A stretch of 46,365 bases of DNA, taken from contig CAYTRL010000001.1 in NCBI GenBank assembly GCA_964439795.1, forward strand, positions 1 to 46,365, read 5' to 3'. This stretch comes from an uncultured Thermodesulfobacteriota bacterium (GTDB lineage: Bacteria > Desulfobacterota > DSWW01). Numbering within the stretch: the stretch's first letter is position 1; each line of letters opens with the position of its first letter. Both the position numbers and the translations under genes were made by a program. Shown one piece after another: positions 15,778 to 25,676 of the stretch. A model generated the notes under the pieces. The model searched no databases, was not told the DNA's origin, and was given only the letters and a program-made list of their open reading frames with translations.

Positions 15778-16626
15778 TCAGTGGTGCCCGCCCCCCTTGA
15801 AGATGAAGCCCACCAGCAGGCCCGCGCCCAAGGCGATGATCACCGCGCAGAGCCCATAGATGATCGGATGTTCCTTGGAGGCGTTGGCCACGAACTTGAC
15901 CAGGCCCACCTTCTCGATCTGGATGGTGTCCCGTGAGTGCCCCACCAGCTTCTTGTCCTTGATCAGGTAGGAATCCACGTTGTACGTGCCCGGCTTGGCC
16001 GCCGGGGGAAACCGGAAGGTGTGCTGGAAGCTCTTGTCATCCTTGAAGCCCAGCGTACCCGATTCGTCTATGCTGTACAGCTCTTCTTCTTCCTTCAACT
16101 GCACCAGCCCCTTGAACACGGTGTCCAGGTCGTCCGGCTCCTGGGTCCCCTTCAGGATGTGCACCTGCAGCTGATCCTTGATCACCGCGAACCCCAGGCC
16201 CAACTCCTGGGCCAGCTCCGGGGACAGGATCTTGCTCAGCGTCCCGGAGGCGCGGATCTTGTAAATAGAGGGGACGTTCTCCACCTCGTACTGGCGGGTG
16301 TTCATCCAGAAGGGACCGAACCGCCCCTTGACGTTGATCTTGACCGTTTCCGCGGGCGAGGTGAGCTTCACGATGATGGAATCCGCCTGGATGCCGTCCG
16401 TGCTGCCGAAGAAGTCGATCTGCTGGCCGTTGTAAGTGATGCCGGTTTCGATTACCGACTGGGTGGAATTCGTGGTGAATTCCCCGGTATCCTTGACGAT
16501 TTCCGGGGTTTGCTCCGCTGCCGGGGCGTGATCCGCCGCATCGGACTCCGCCAGAGCAGTCGAGCCGGTCCCGCCCAGCGCTGTCACCAACAGTACAGTG
16601 AACAGGATAATTATTGGCTGTTTCAT
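15778..16626 (-). CDS. TIGR02186-like (Alph_Pro_TM) exported protein with a C-terminal membrane anchor
   Basis: N-terminal signal peptide, C-terminal TM helix IIYGLCAVIIALGAGLLVGFIF, central GRFGPFWMNTRQYEV segment. Its start overlaps the stop of the upstream TauE gene by 1 nt (TGATG). Confidence 0.6.
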   Translation of the reverse strand: MKQPIIILFTVLLVTALGGTGSTALAESDAADHAPAAEQTPEIVKDTGEFTTNSTQSVIETGITYNGQQIDFFGSTDGIQADSIIVKLTSPAETVKINVKGRFGPFWMNTRQYEVENVPSIYKIRASGTLSKILSPELAQELGLGFAVIKDQLQVHILKGTQEPDDLDTVFKGLVQLKEEEELYSIDESGTLGFKDDKSFQHTFRFPPAAKPGTYNVDSYLIKDKKLVGHSRDTIQIEKVGLVKFVANASKEHPIIYGLCAVIIALGAGLLVGFIFKGGGHH

Positions 16627-17570
16627 CAGTGTCCTCCGCTTGCGCCTTTGGCGAGACTCACCAGGTTGTCGGGTGTAAGAACCAGATCCAACAGGAGTTT
16701 GAACATCATGGCCAGCACGATCACGCTGAGCAGGATGCGGATCTGTTCGCCCCGCAGGTACTTGGTGGCCCGTACACCTACCTGGGCACCCAGGACCGAA
16801 CCCATCAGCAGGGTGAGAGCGAGCCCGAGGTCCACGGTGTGGTTGGTGATGGCTTGCTGGAGCGTAACGTTGGCGCTGGTGAAAACGATCTGGAACAGGT
16901 CCGTGCCGATGGCCGAGATGGTGGGCATGCCGATGATGTAGATCATGGCCGGCACCATGATGAACCCGCCTCCCACTCCCAGCATGGCGGCCAAGACCCC
17001 CACAGCGGCGCCGATGGCGAACGGGAAGATGGCCGAAGTGCGCAGGTGGGACTTGGGGAAGTCCATCTGCAGGGGGAGCTTGGCAAAGAACCGGGAGAAC
17101 CCGGGCTGCTTCATCTCCCCCGGGTCGTTGTCCACGGTTTCCGGCTCCGCCTGGCGCAGGGCGCGCAGGCTTTCCACGAACATGGCGCCGCCCACGGTGC
17201 CCAGCATCAGGACGTAAACCAGCTTCATGGTGAACTCGAAGTTCCCGATGGCGCGCAGGTACTTCACGAAGTGCACCCCGATGGTCCCGCCGGTGACCCC
17301 GCCCGCCAGGATGACGAGGCCCATCTTCATGTCCACGTTGCCCAGCCGCCAGTGGCCGAAGGCCGCGGAGGAGGAACTGGCCACGATCTGGTTGGAGTCG
17401 GAGGCAGCGGCCACGGCCGGGGGGATGCCGATCATCATCATCAGAGGGGTCAGCAGAAAGCCGCCCCCCACCCCGAACAGGCCGGAGAGGAACCCCACAA
17501 CGGCCCCGATGCCCACCACAAGAAAGATGTTGATGCTCATGTCCGCAATGGGGAGATAGATGTGCATCAT
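16626..17570 (-). CDS. TauE/SafE-family (sulfite exporter-like) membrane permease
   Basis: GAVVGFLSGLFGVGGGFLLTPLMM and the second-half repeat AAMLGVGGGFIMVPAMIY. AGGAGA RBS upstream. Confidence 0.85.
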   Translation of the reverse strand: MMHIYLPIADMSINIFLVVGIGAVVGFLSGLFGVGGGFLLTPLMMMIGIPPAVAAASDSNQIVASSSSAAFGHWRLGNVDMKMGLVILAGGVTGGTIGVHFVKYLRAIGNFEFTMKLVYVLMLGTVGGAMFVESLRALRQAEPETVDNDPGEMKQPGFSRFFAKLPLQMDFPKSHLRTSAIFPFAIGAAVGVLAAMLGVGGGFIMVPAMIYIIGMPTISAIGTDLFQIVFTSANVTLQQAITNHTVDLGLALTLLMGSVLGAQVGVRATKYLRGEQIRILLSVIVLAMMFKLLLDLVLTPDNLVSLAKGASGGH

Positions 17571-17976
17571 TCCGGATCGTCTCCTATGGTTTGAGGAACG
17601 GTTCGGTACGGGGAAGGAGCTTCCCCGCAGACGTCACGACAGGGGGATGGATAAAAACCGTAGAAAGGCAGAGGGAAAACAAAGCAAATAGGCCCGGAAG
17701 GGTACCAGGGCATCCTGCAATCGACATGGGATTGAATCCGCTTCATCTTTCACCGGGCGGGCGTCGTCGAGGTCCGGGAGCCTCGCGGCTCTATGGATTG
17801 ATGAATCCGATCTTGCTGAGTAAGATATGGGTCTGGAGAACGGTTCTTCCCATGCAGAAGCCCCATGGGGAAGAAGTGTATTTAAAAAACCTTTTTATTT
17901 TCACTCAAGTTAATCTCCAAGAATATATGAAACAATATAATTTGTCCAGGAGTGCCGGAGCCGGCACGATCGTGAA

Positions 17977-20649
17977 ATGTATCCGTTCTTCCAGCCGGGC
18001 CCTTGTGACGGGCCTCGGTCCGGGTCCGGGAGCCGCGCGGTGACGAACCTTTTCAAGTTTTTTCGGCGCAGCAGCAGGAAGCAGACGCCCGAGCTGAGCG
18101 AGCTGAAGAGGAGGCACTTCGCCTTCAAGGAGCTGCTGCACGCCAACAACGAGGCGCTTCACATCCTCGCGGACCTGGAAGGCAAGGCGGCGGATCCCAA
18201 GAACGTGACCACCAGCTACATGCGCTCGCAGGTGGTGGGGCTCACGGTGAACGTCATCAAGATCGTGAGGAACCTGGAAACCGTGGCGGGAAAGGAGTAC
18301 CCGACCCTCCACCATACCCTGCAGCGACGGGTCCGGGCCCTGGAGAGCAAGCTGACACAGACCCGAAGCGAGGAAGCGCGCGCCTTTACCCTCCCTCTCG
18401 CCAGGATTCGGCCGGACATGCGGAACGCGGTTGGGGAGAAGACGGCGAACCTGGCGGAGATGAGGCACACGCTCGGCCTTTCCGTCCCCAGAGGGTTTGT
18501 CCTGACCACCCGGGCGTATCAGCGGTTCTGTGAGCACAACCAGCTGGAAACCGGAATCAATACCCTCCGGATGGATTTCAACGTGCACGACCCGGAGTCC
18601 GTGAAGAGAACGAGCCGGCGGATTCAGGACCTGATCCTGGCCGGGACGTTCCCGCCGGACCTGTTGGAGGTGTTCCTCGCTTCGTACGAGGAACTCAAAC
18701 GTAGGTGCGGCCCGGATCTTCGGTTGGCGGTCCGCAGCAGCGCCATCGGCGAGGACAGCGTGCAGTCGTCGTTCGCGGGTCTGTACGAGAGCTACCTCAA
18801 CGTAACCGGAGAGGGGCTGCTCAACGCGTACAAGCAGGTGCTGGCCAGCAAGTACACCACCCGGGCCCTCTACTACAAGGCGAACAAGGGCCTGGTGGAT
18901 GACGATATCCCCATGTGCGTGTGCTGCATCCAGATGGTGGATGCGGTGGTCAGCGGGGTGATGTACACCCAGGATCCGTTCGACCGCGACAGGGTCCACA
19001 TCTCCGCGGGCTGGGGGCTGGGGCCCGGCATCGTCTCCGGTGAGATCAGTCCGGACATTTTTTCCCTGGACAAAAAGACCGGGCGGATCGTGGAAAAGAA
19101 GGTGTCCGATCAGCCGATGATGCTGGTGTCCGAATCCGGAAAGGGAACCTGCGAGGTACCCGTGCCCCGGCTGCACGCGGACGAAGCCTGCCTCACCGAC
19201 GAGGAGGTGGCGGGCCTCTTCCAGGTGGCCGGCGTGCTGGAAAAATACTATCAGGGGCCCCAGGACGTGGAGTTCAGCATCGATGAAGAGGGGAGGCTCT
19301 TTGTGCTGCAGACCCGGGCCCTGGACTGCAGCACGGTGGAACCGTCCCGGGCGCCCTCCGGGGAAGGGGAGGCCCCGGAAGCGGAGGTCCTTTTTTCCTG
19401 CCCGGAAGCCCAGGTGGCCTGTATGGGGGCCGGTGCCGGGGTGACCCATGTGGTCCGGGATCCTCGGGACATGGACAGGTTTCCCCCGGCCGGAGTGCTC
19501 GTGGTCCGCACCCTGATGCCGGACTGGATGGAACTGGTGGGACGGGTCAAGGCCATCATCGCGGAACTGGGCAGCCCCACGGGGCACATGGCTTCCATCG
19601 CCCGTGAGTTCAAGGTGCCCATGCTGGTGAACGTGAAGGACGCCACGGAGCGGGTGCCGGAGGGAGAGTGGGTGACCCTGGACGCTGCCGGCCGGGTGCT
19701 CTACCGGGGGCGGGTGGAACCCCTTTTGTGCAACGACAGTGAACTTTCCGAAATGATCCTCGAGAGCCCCGTGTACAAGACCCTGGAGGCGGTGCTCGCC
19801 AGCGTTTCCCCGCTGAACCTGACCAACCCCCGGGACCGCAACTTCCGCCCGGCCGGCTGCCGGACCCTGCACGACATCATGCGCTACTGCCACGAGGAGT
19901 CGATCAACGCCATGTTTTCCTTCAGCGACTCCCAGGCGTTCCACAGGGGAAAGGTCTTCCAGCTCTCCATCCCCGTGCCGTTGCGCATCTTCGTGGTGGA
20001 CCTGGGGAGAGGGCTGAAAAGCGTGGATCCGGGTCAGAGGGAAATCCCGGCGGAGTACGTGGAGTCGGTGCCGCTCCGGGCGCTCATCGACGGGATGACC
20101 ACCCCCGGGGTCCGGTGGGCCGGACACGTCCCCCTGGGCTTCAAGAGCCTGGTGTCCGTGTTCGCCAACACCCTCTACGACCCCATGAAGCATGAGCGGG
20201 AGCTGGGGGCCCGGAGCTATGCCATGGTTTCCAGGAAATACGTGAACTTCAGTTCCCGCCTGGGATATCACTTTTCCACCCTGGACGCCTTCTGCGGTGA
20301 AGAGCCGAACTCCAATTACATCTCGTTCCGGTTCAAGGGCGGTGCGGCCTCCGTGGACAAGCGTACGCGCCGGGCCGAGTTCATCGCACGGATCCTGGTG
20401 GCCAACGGGTTCTGGATGGACCAGAAAGAGGACCTGGTGAACGCACACTTCAAGAATTTTCCCATGAAAGCCACCCTGGACCGCCTGGTCATGCTGGGAA
20501 GGCTCATGGGGTGCGCCCGGCAGCTGGACGTGGCCATGGAGTCGCCCGAGCATGTCTCGTACTTTGTGGACCTTTTTCTCAATGGAACGTACAATTTCTT
20601 TTCCATTTCCAGCAGTACCGAAAAGCAGGACGGGGATCCCGATGGATGA
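17977..20649 (+). CDS. PEP/pyruvate-binding (PPDK_N ATP-grasp) plus PEP-utilizer mobile His-domain protein with an uncharacterised ~300-aa C-terminus
   Basis: NAVGEKTANLAEM...PRGFVLTT, LAVRSSAIGEDS, VMYTQDP, QDVEFSIDEEGRLFVLQTRAL. Swivel domain: VLVVRTLMPDWMELVGRVKAIIAELGSPTGHMASIAREFKVPMLV. An alternative GTG start at 18040 has a better RBS (GGGAG 7 nt upstream). Confidence 0.8.
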   Translation: MYPFFQPGPCDGPRSGSGSRAVTNLFKFFRRSSRKQTPELSELKRRHFAFKELLHANNEALHILADLEGKAADPKNVTTSYMRSQVVGLTVNVIKIVRNLETVAGKEYPTLHHTLQRRVRALESKLTQTRSEEARAFTLPLARIRPDMRNAVGEKTANLAEMRHTLGLSVPRGFVLTTRAYQRFCEHNQLETGINTLRMDFNVHDPESVKRTSRRIQDLILAGTFPPDLLEVFLASYEELKRRCGPDLRLAVRSSAIGEDSVQSSFAGLYESYLNVTGEGLLNAYKQVLASKYTTRALYYKANKGLVDDDIPMCVCCIQMVDAVVSGVMYTQDPFDRDRVHISAGWGLGPGIVSGEISPDIFSLDKKTGRIVEKKVSDQPMMLVSESGKGTCEVPVPRLHADEACLTDEEVAGLFQVAGVLEKYYQGPQDVEFSIDEEGRLFVLQTRALDCSTVEPSRAPSGEGEAPEAEVLFSCPEAQVACMGAGAGVTHVVRDPRDMDRFPPAGVLVVRTLMPDWMELVGRVKAIIAELGSPTGHMASIAREFKVPMLVNVKDATERVPEGEWVTLDAAGRVLYRGRVEPLLCNDSELSEMILESPVYKTLEAVLASVSPLNLTNPRDRNFRPAGCRTLHDIMRYCHEESINAMFSFSDSQAFHRGKVFQLSIPVPLRIFVVDLGRGLKSVDPGQREIPAEYVESVPLRALIDGMTTPGVRWAGHVPLGFKSLVSVFANTLYDPMKHERELGARSYAMVSRKYVNFSSRLGYHFSTLDAFCGEEPNSNYISFRFKGGAASVDKRTRRAEFIARILVANGFWMDQKEDLVNAHFKNFPMKATLDRLVMLGRLMGCARQLDVAMESPEHVSYFVDLFLNGTYNFFSISSSTEKQDGDPDG

Positions 20650-21037
20650 CATGGGCCGGGTGCTTCTCGTGGACGATGATGAACCTTTCCGGACGGCCCT
20701 TTCCGCCAGGTTGAAGGCCATGGGGTTCCCCCTGGAATCGGTTGATCGGGGCGAGGAAGCCCTGGACGTCCTGCGCCGCGAGACGTTCTGCGTGGTCATC
20801 CTGGATCTGCTCATGCCCGGGATGGGCGGCATGGAAACCCTGCGGCAGATCAAGATCCAGCACCCCGCCGTGGAGGTCATCCTGCTCACCGGGGCGGGCT
20901 CCGTGGAGACCGCCCTGGAAGGGATGAACAAAGGTGCGTTCGATTACCTGATGAAACCCTGCGATCCGGAGCATCTGCGGGGCAGGATCCAGAGGGCCTG
21001 GGAAAAGCGGGAAGTAGAACGGATGGCGGAAGAGTGA
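20642..21037 (+). CDS. Stand-alone response-regulator receiver (CheY-like)
   Basis: VLLVDDDEPFR...VVILDLLMPGMGG...VILLTG...AFDYLMKP. ATG 20642 overlaps the upstream stop (ATGGATGA). Confidence 0.85.
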   Translation: MDDMGRVLLVDDDEPFRTALSARLKAMGFPLESVDRGEEALDVLRRETFCVVILDLLMPGMGGMETLRQIKIQHPAVEVILLTGAGSVETALEGMNKGAFDYLMKPCDPEHLRGRIQRAWEKREVERMAEE

Positions 21038-21092
21038 TCCGGAGGAACCCGCGAGACGGAAAACCCGGCCCACAAGAGAAAAAGGGGGAAGG

Positions 21093-23528
21093 ATGAAACG
21101 CAAAGCCCTGACGATTGTCTGGATGGCTCTGTTTTTTCTGGGCGGATGCATCATGGGAAAACCCTCGACTCTCTATCAGGGGGAGGTCCCGGGGCAGCCG
21201 GTGACCCAGGCGGTGACGGTGGTCCGCGATGCGCAGGGGGTCCCGCACATCTTCGCGGAGGACCCGGGGGACCTCTTCTTTGCCCTGGGGTACACCATGG
21301 CGCAGGACCGGCTGTTCCAGATGGATATGTACCGGCACGTGGCCAGGGGACGGCTCTGTGAGTGGTTCGGAAACCTCCCCCTGGGCAAGGGGATGCGACT
21401 GGTGCAGATGGACATGCTCATGAAGTGCTTCGAACTGGGGGAGCGGGCCCAGGGGGCTCTGCCGGGCATGCCCCCGGACAGCCGCCGTCTGTTGGATCGG
21501 TTCACGGAGGGCATCAACCAGTTTGTCTCGGAGAGCCGGGACAACCGGCCCGTGGAGTACAGGCTCCTGTGCATCGAGCCGGGGCCATGGACCGCTGCGG
21601 ACGTCATGAGCATCCCCGAACTGTTCGGCGTGGGCCTGAGCCTGATCGGTATCGGTTCGGAGATTCTGCACGAGGCCATGGAACAGACGATGGGACCCCG
21701 GCTGACCCGGGATTTCTACCGCAGGTACACAGGCCTTCCCCTGCCCGATCCGGAGGGTCCGGTCCCGGGCGGGACGGCGGCGGAGGCCCGGTGGTTCGGC
21801 AACCTGTTGCTGGCAGGGAACGTCCTGCGCCTGGGTGTTCCCCAGGGAAGCAACAACTGGGCGGTCTCCGGGAGCCGTTCCGAGAACGGTAAACCCCTGC
21901 TGGGCAACGATCCACACGTGCCCCTGGGGCCGGCGCCCAGCTTCTGGTACCACGCCCACATTCAGGGGGGCGGTTTCTCGGTGGAGGGGCTCCTGTACCC
22001 GGGGCATCCCACCTTCGGGGCCGCCTGGAACGGGAACGTGGCCTGGGGCGTGACCAACATGATGGCGGACCAGACCGACCTGTTTCGAGAACGGCTGGAC
22101 CCCGGGGACCCGGATCGTTACGAGACCCCGGACGGGTGGAAACGTTTCGAGACGCGACCGGTGAAGTGCACGGTCCGCCTGGGCCGGGACCGGACCTTTG
22201 TCCTGAAAAAAGGGACCCACGGGTTTCTCGTTCCCCGGGAGGCCCTGGATAGCCGTTACGCGAGGAAGTACCCCTGGCTGCTCGATCCTGTCTCTCTCCA
22301 GTACGTGGCCACGGACCCGGGAGCCTATTTTCACGGGCAGGTTCTGCTCATGAAGGCCCGCGACAGCGCGCAGGTGAAGGCGGCCCTGGAGCAGATCGGC
22401 CGGGGGCCCACCGCCTATAATTACGTGTGGGCGTGCCGGGACGGGGACATCGGGTACCATGCGGCAGGCATTATTCCGATCCGCGGGGCCGGGCAGGGTT
22501 TCTCGGTGAAGGACGGCTGGAAGCCCGGAGTGGGCTGGCGCGGGACCGTCCCGTTCCAGAAACTGCCTGCCCGGGAAAATCCACCGGACGGTATCCTCGC
22601 CACGGCCAACGAGAAGATCGCTCCCCCGGACTACCCCTGGTACATCGCGGTGGAGTATGCGGCACCGTACCGGGTCGACCGGATCCGGCAGCTTCTGGGG
22701 AAGAAGGAACTGTGTTCCGCCGAGGGGTTCCAGAAGATCCAGGCCGACGTTTACAACCTGGCGGCCGCCCCGTACCTGCGCATCTTGAAGGAGGTGTATT
22801 CCGGGTCGGGGGAGCGGGACGCGTTGACCGACCCGGAACGACGGGCCCTGGACAGCCTGCTGTCCTGGGACCGGCAAACCGCCGCGGACTCCAGGGGGGC
22901 GGCCCTCTTCGAGGTGTTCCTCCAGCACCTGCTGGAGGAAACCTTTGCCGATGAGATGGGCAAGGAGCTGGCCGGCCCGGCCCTGGCGACCAACTTCATG
23001 GCCGCCAAGGTGATGAAAAGCCTCCTGAAAGACCCGGACAACCCCTGGTTCGACCGTCAGGGCACCGACGGGGTGGAGGGCCGCGACCGGATCTTCCGGG
23101 AGTCGTTCCGGAAGACGGTGAAGGTGTGCCGGAAAGAGATGGGCAAAAACCAGGAGGACTGGTCCTGGGGAAAGATACATACCCTGAAGATGGGACACCC
23201 GTTCGGTCTCATGCCCCTCACGAGCCGTTCCTTCCGGATCGGGACCTATCCCTACCCGGGGGACAACGACACGGTCAACGGCGGGTACTTCATGTTCGAC
23301 GAGGAGCGGTATCCCGTGGTGGCCGGGGCCGCCTCCCGGTTCGTGGTGGACCTGGCCCGCCCGTCGGGCGCGTGGTTCAACTGCTCCACCGGTATGGCGG
23401 GGGAGCCCTCCTCACCGTACTTCAAAAACCTCACCGCGGGCTGGATTCATGATCAGTATTTCTGGACACCGCTGGCCCCGCGGCCGGAGGAGATCCCTTC
23501 CGGGAAGAGCCTCATGCTGCAGCCCTGA
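21093..23528 (+). CDS. Penicillin/AHL acylase family (Ntn hydrolase, S45) lipoprotein
   Basis: Lipobox FLGGC. VRDAQGVPHIFAE, FFALGYTMAQDRLFQMD, and the nucleophile region GSNNWAVSGSRSENGKPLLGNDPH. Confidence 0.85.
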   Translation: MKRKALTIVWMALFFLGGCIMGKPSTLYQGEVPGQPVTQAVTVVRDAQGVPHIFAEDPGDLFFALGYTMAQDRLFQMDMYRHVARGRLCEWFGNLPLGKGMRLVQMDMLMKCFELGERAQGALPGMPPDSRRLLDRFTEGINQFVSESRDNRPVEYRLLCIEPGPWTAADVMSIPELFGVGLSLIGIGSEILHEAMEQTMGPRLTRDFYRRYTGLPLPDPEGPVPGGTAAEARWFGNLLLAGNVLRLGVPQGSNNWAVSGSRSENGKPLLGNDPHVPLGPAPSFWYHAHIQGGGFSVEGLLYPGHPTFGAAWNGNVAWGVTNMMADQTDLFRERLDPGDPDRYETPDGWKRFETRPVKCTVRLGRDRTFVLKKGTHGFLVPREALDSRYARKYPWLLDPVSLQYVATDPGAYFHGQVLLMKARDSAQVKAALEQIGRGPTAYNYVWACRDGDIGYHAAGIIPIRGAGQGFSVKDGWKPGVGWRGTVPFQKLPARENPPDGILATANEKIAPPDYPWYIAVEYAAPYRVDRIRQLLGKKELCSAEGFQKIQADVYNLAAAPYLRILKEVYSGSGERDALTDPERRALDSLLSWDRQTAADSRGAALFEVFLQHLLEETFADEMGKELAGPALATNFMAAKVMKSLLKDPDNPWFDRQGTDGVEGRDRIFRESFRKTVKVCRKEMGKNQEDWSWGKIHTLKMGHPFGLMPLTSRSFRIGTYPYPGDNDTVNGGYFMFDEERYPVVAGAASRFVVDLARPSGAWFNCSTGMAGEPSSPYFKNLTAGWIHDQYFWTPLAPRPEEIPSGKSLMLQP

Positions 23529-23604
23529 GTACACGGTGCAAGTCTTGAAAGAAAAAACAATAAAGCGAAGACGACAGAGAGCGGCAACGTAAAAGGAGAA
23601 AAGG

Positions 23605-24933
23605 ATGACCCCCGGCGATTTCAAGGACAACAGCTACTGGATGACTACGCGGGATTACACCCCGAACGCGCCGCTGAAGGGACGGAAAAAAGTGGACGTG
23701 GCCATTGTTGGAGGCGGGTTCACCGGGCTTTCAACGGCCCACTTCCTGAAGAAGGCCTCTCCCGGCATGGACGTGGCCCTGCTGGAGGGACAAGTGATCG
23801 GCCATGGGGCCAGCGGACGCAACGGGGGTTTTTCCATGACGCTCTTCGGGCTGACCCTCTCTCTCACCGCCCTGCGGTTCGGAAAAGCCCGGGCCCGGGA
23901 GGGCCACCTCTATATGGAACGGGCCGTGGACCTTCTGCGGGATCTCGTGTCCGACCTGGGCCTGGACTGCGACTATGAGCACCCCGGGTTTCTCCGGGTG
24001 GCCACGTCCGAGAAGTACCGGAAGCGGATCCTGCACGAGATCGAGCTGGTGGACTCCCTGGGGCTCAAGGGGATCGAGTGGATGGAAAAGGACCGGTTGG
24101 CAGAGGAGCTGCGCAGCCCGCTCTACCTGGGGGCCTGGTGGGAACCCCGCTGCGGCATTCTCAACCCCGCCAAGCTGGCCTGGGAGTGGAAACGGGTGGT
24201 GGAGCAGCAGGGTGTGGAGGTGTATGAGCACGCCCCGGTCACGGAGATCCTGCGGGAAAAGGGAAGGGTCCTCCTGAACCTTCCCTGGGGCCAGGTGGAG
24301 GCGGACAAGGTGGTGCTCGCCACCAACGCCTACTCTCACCTTCTCCCCCTGCTGAAGCGGAAGCAGGTGCCGATATGGACCCACATCGTCATGACCGAAC
24401 CCCTGAAAGATGAGCAATTCCGGGAGATCGGGTGGCAGGGCCGTCAGGGGATCGAGGACGCCCGGAACCTGGTGCACTACTACAGGCTTACCGCGGACAA
24501 CCGGCTGGTCATGGGGGGGCGGGACGTTTCCCTGGCCTACGGCGACGAGATGGACCGGGACCGGAACGAGCGGACCTTTCTGGAACTGGAGCAGGACGTG
24601 CGGGACATCTTCCCCGTGCTCAAAGACGTAGCGTTCACCCACCGGTGGGGCGGGCCGGTCTCGGTGCCCGTGGACATGACCCCGGCCATGGGGTACGCCG
24701 GGGACAAGAACATCGTGTACAGCCTCGGTTGCGTGGGGCACGGGGTGTCCATGACCCAGTTGAACGGGCAGACCGTGGCGGACCTGGTGCGGGAGGTGAA
24801 GTCGGATCTGACCGATGTGTTCTTCGTCAACCGGACCACCATCCCCTGGCCCCCCGAGCCGTTCCGCTACCTGGCGAGCAAGGCGATCCTTGGGTACATG
24901 CACTTGGAGGACCGGCGTTTCGACCGGACCTAG
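23605..24933 (+). CDS. FAD-dependent oxidoreductase (DAO family)
   Basis: [16 protein letters not shown] dinucleotide-binding motif. AAGGAGAA RBS. 442 aa. Confidence 0.8.
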   Translation: MTPGDFKDNSYWMTTRDYTPNAPLKGRKKVDVAIVGGGFTGLSTAHFLKKASPGMDVALLEGQVIGHGASGRNGGFSMTLFGLTLSLTALRFGKARAREGHLYMERAVDLLRDLVSDLGLDCDYEHPGFLRVATSEKYRKRILHEIELVDSLGLKGIEWMEKDRLAEELRSPLYLGAWWEPRCGILNPAKLAWEWKRVVEQQGVEVYEHAPVTEILREKGRVLLNLPWGQVEADKVVLATNAYSHLLPLLKRKQVPIWTHIVMTEPLKDEQFREIGWQGRQGIEDARNLVHYYRLTADNRLVMGGRDVSLAYGDEMDRDRNERTFLELEQDVRDIFPVLKDVAFTHRWGGPVSVPVDMTPAMGYAGDKNIVYSLGCVGHGVSMTQLNGQTVADLVREVKSDLTDVFFVNRTTIPWPPEPFRYLASKAILGYMHLEDRRFDRT

Positions 24934-24953
24934 TCGGTGCCCGGAGGAAACAA

Positions 24954-25676
24954 ATGTCCGGAAAGCAAGAACCCGCGGAAGGGGCGGAGCAACCCAGGGC
25001 CGTGGTTCTCCTGAGCGGGGGCCTGGACTCCACCACCTGTCTGGCCGTTGCCCGGCAGCAGGGCTATTCGCTCTGCGCCCTGAGCTTCCGGTACGGGCAG
25101 CGGCACCTGCGTGAACTGGACATGGCCCGGAGTTCGACTGCGCTCTTCGGTGTGAAAAAACACATCGTGGTGGATTTCGACATGCGCACGATCGGGGGAT
25201 CGGTCCTGACAGGGGAGGGGGAGGTGCCCCGGGACGTACCCGAGGAGGAGATCGGGCGTTCCATCCCCCCGACCTATGTGCCTGCCCGGAACACGATCTT
25301 CCTCTCGTTTTCACTGGCCTGGGCCGAGGTGCTCGGAGCCCGGGACATCTTCATCGGGATCAACGCCCAGGACTACTCCGGATACCCGGACTGCCGGCCG
25401 GAATACATCCGGGCCTTCGAGCGCATGGCGGCGCTGGGGACCCGCGCCGGCGTGGAGGGCCGGCCCGTCCGGATCCATACCCCGCTGGCCGGGCTTACCA
25501 AGGCGGAAATCGTCCGCAGGGGGGCGTCCCTGGGCGTGGATTTTTCCCTGACCCACAGCTGTTACGATCCCCCCCCGGGACGGGCGGCCTGCGGCAGGTG
25601 CGAGAGCTGCCTGCTCCGGCGCAAGGGGTTCCGGGAGGCGGGCATGAACGATCCGCTGGAGGGCGAAGGACCATGA
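24954..25676 (+). CDS. queC: 7-cyano-7-deazaguanine synthase
   Basis: ATG 24954 with GGAGGA upstream. PP-loop [22 protein letters not shown], and Zn cluster HSCY...[10 protein letters not shown]. The longer ORF-track start (24432) is a spurious extension. Confidence 0.9.
   Translation: MSGKQEPAEGAEQPRAVVLLSGGLDSTTCLAVARQQGYSLCALSFRYGQRHLRELDMARSSTALFGVKKHIVVDFDMRTIGGSVLTGEGEVPRDVPEEEIGRSIPPTYVPARNTIFLSFSLAWAEVLGARDIFIGINAQDYSGYPDCRPEYIRAFERMAALGTRAGVEGRPVRIHTPLAGLTKAEIVRRGASLGVDFSLTHSCYDPPPGRAACGRCESCLLRRKGFREAGMNDPLEGEGP

Noticed and set aside
17955-17975. ggcacgatcgtgaa, and tggcaccgatctcgtt at about 10884-10899, as sigma54 (-24/-12) promoters
   Set aside because: The -12 element (TTGC) is missing in both, and no adjacent enhancer-binding protein gene exists.
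17905-20931. 1008-aa ORF on the minus strand, the longest in the window
   Set aside because: It is fully antisense to the PEP-binding-protein and receiver genes. Its composition is dominated by R, G, P, H, V and L with no recognisable motif. This is the typical shadow ORF of a GC-rich gene whose sense frame has clear family motifs.
20886-23198. 770-aa ORF on the minus strand
   Set aside because: It is antisense to the penicillin-acylase-family gene, has junk composition and has no RBS.
23529-23604. gtctt...aagac pairing after the acylase stop as a terminator
   Set aside because: The stem is only 5 bp with a very long loop and has no U-tract.
24432-24953. Long N-terminal extensions offered by the ORF track (queC from 24432; also 35163 for larA, 9777 for cobO, 9391 for Rrf2, 25598 for the GNAT fusion, 3685 for fni, 3613 for HMGR, 39664 for the kinase)
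   Set aside because: The extensions overlap upstream genes or have junk composition. Internal ATGs with good Shine-Dalgarno sequences coincide with the conserved family N-termini.
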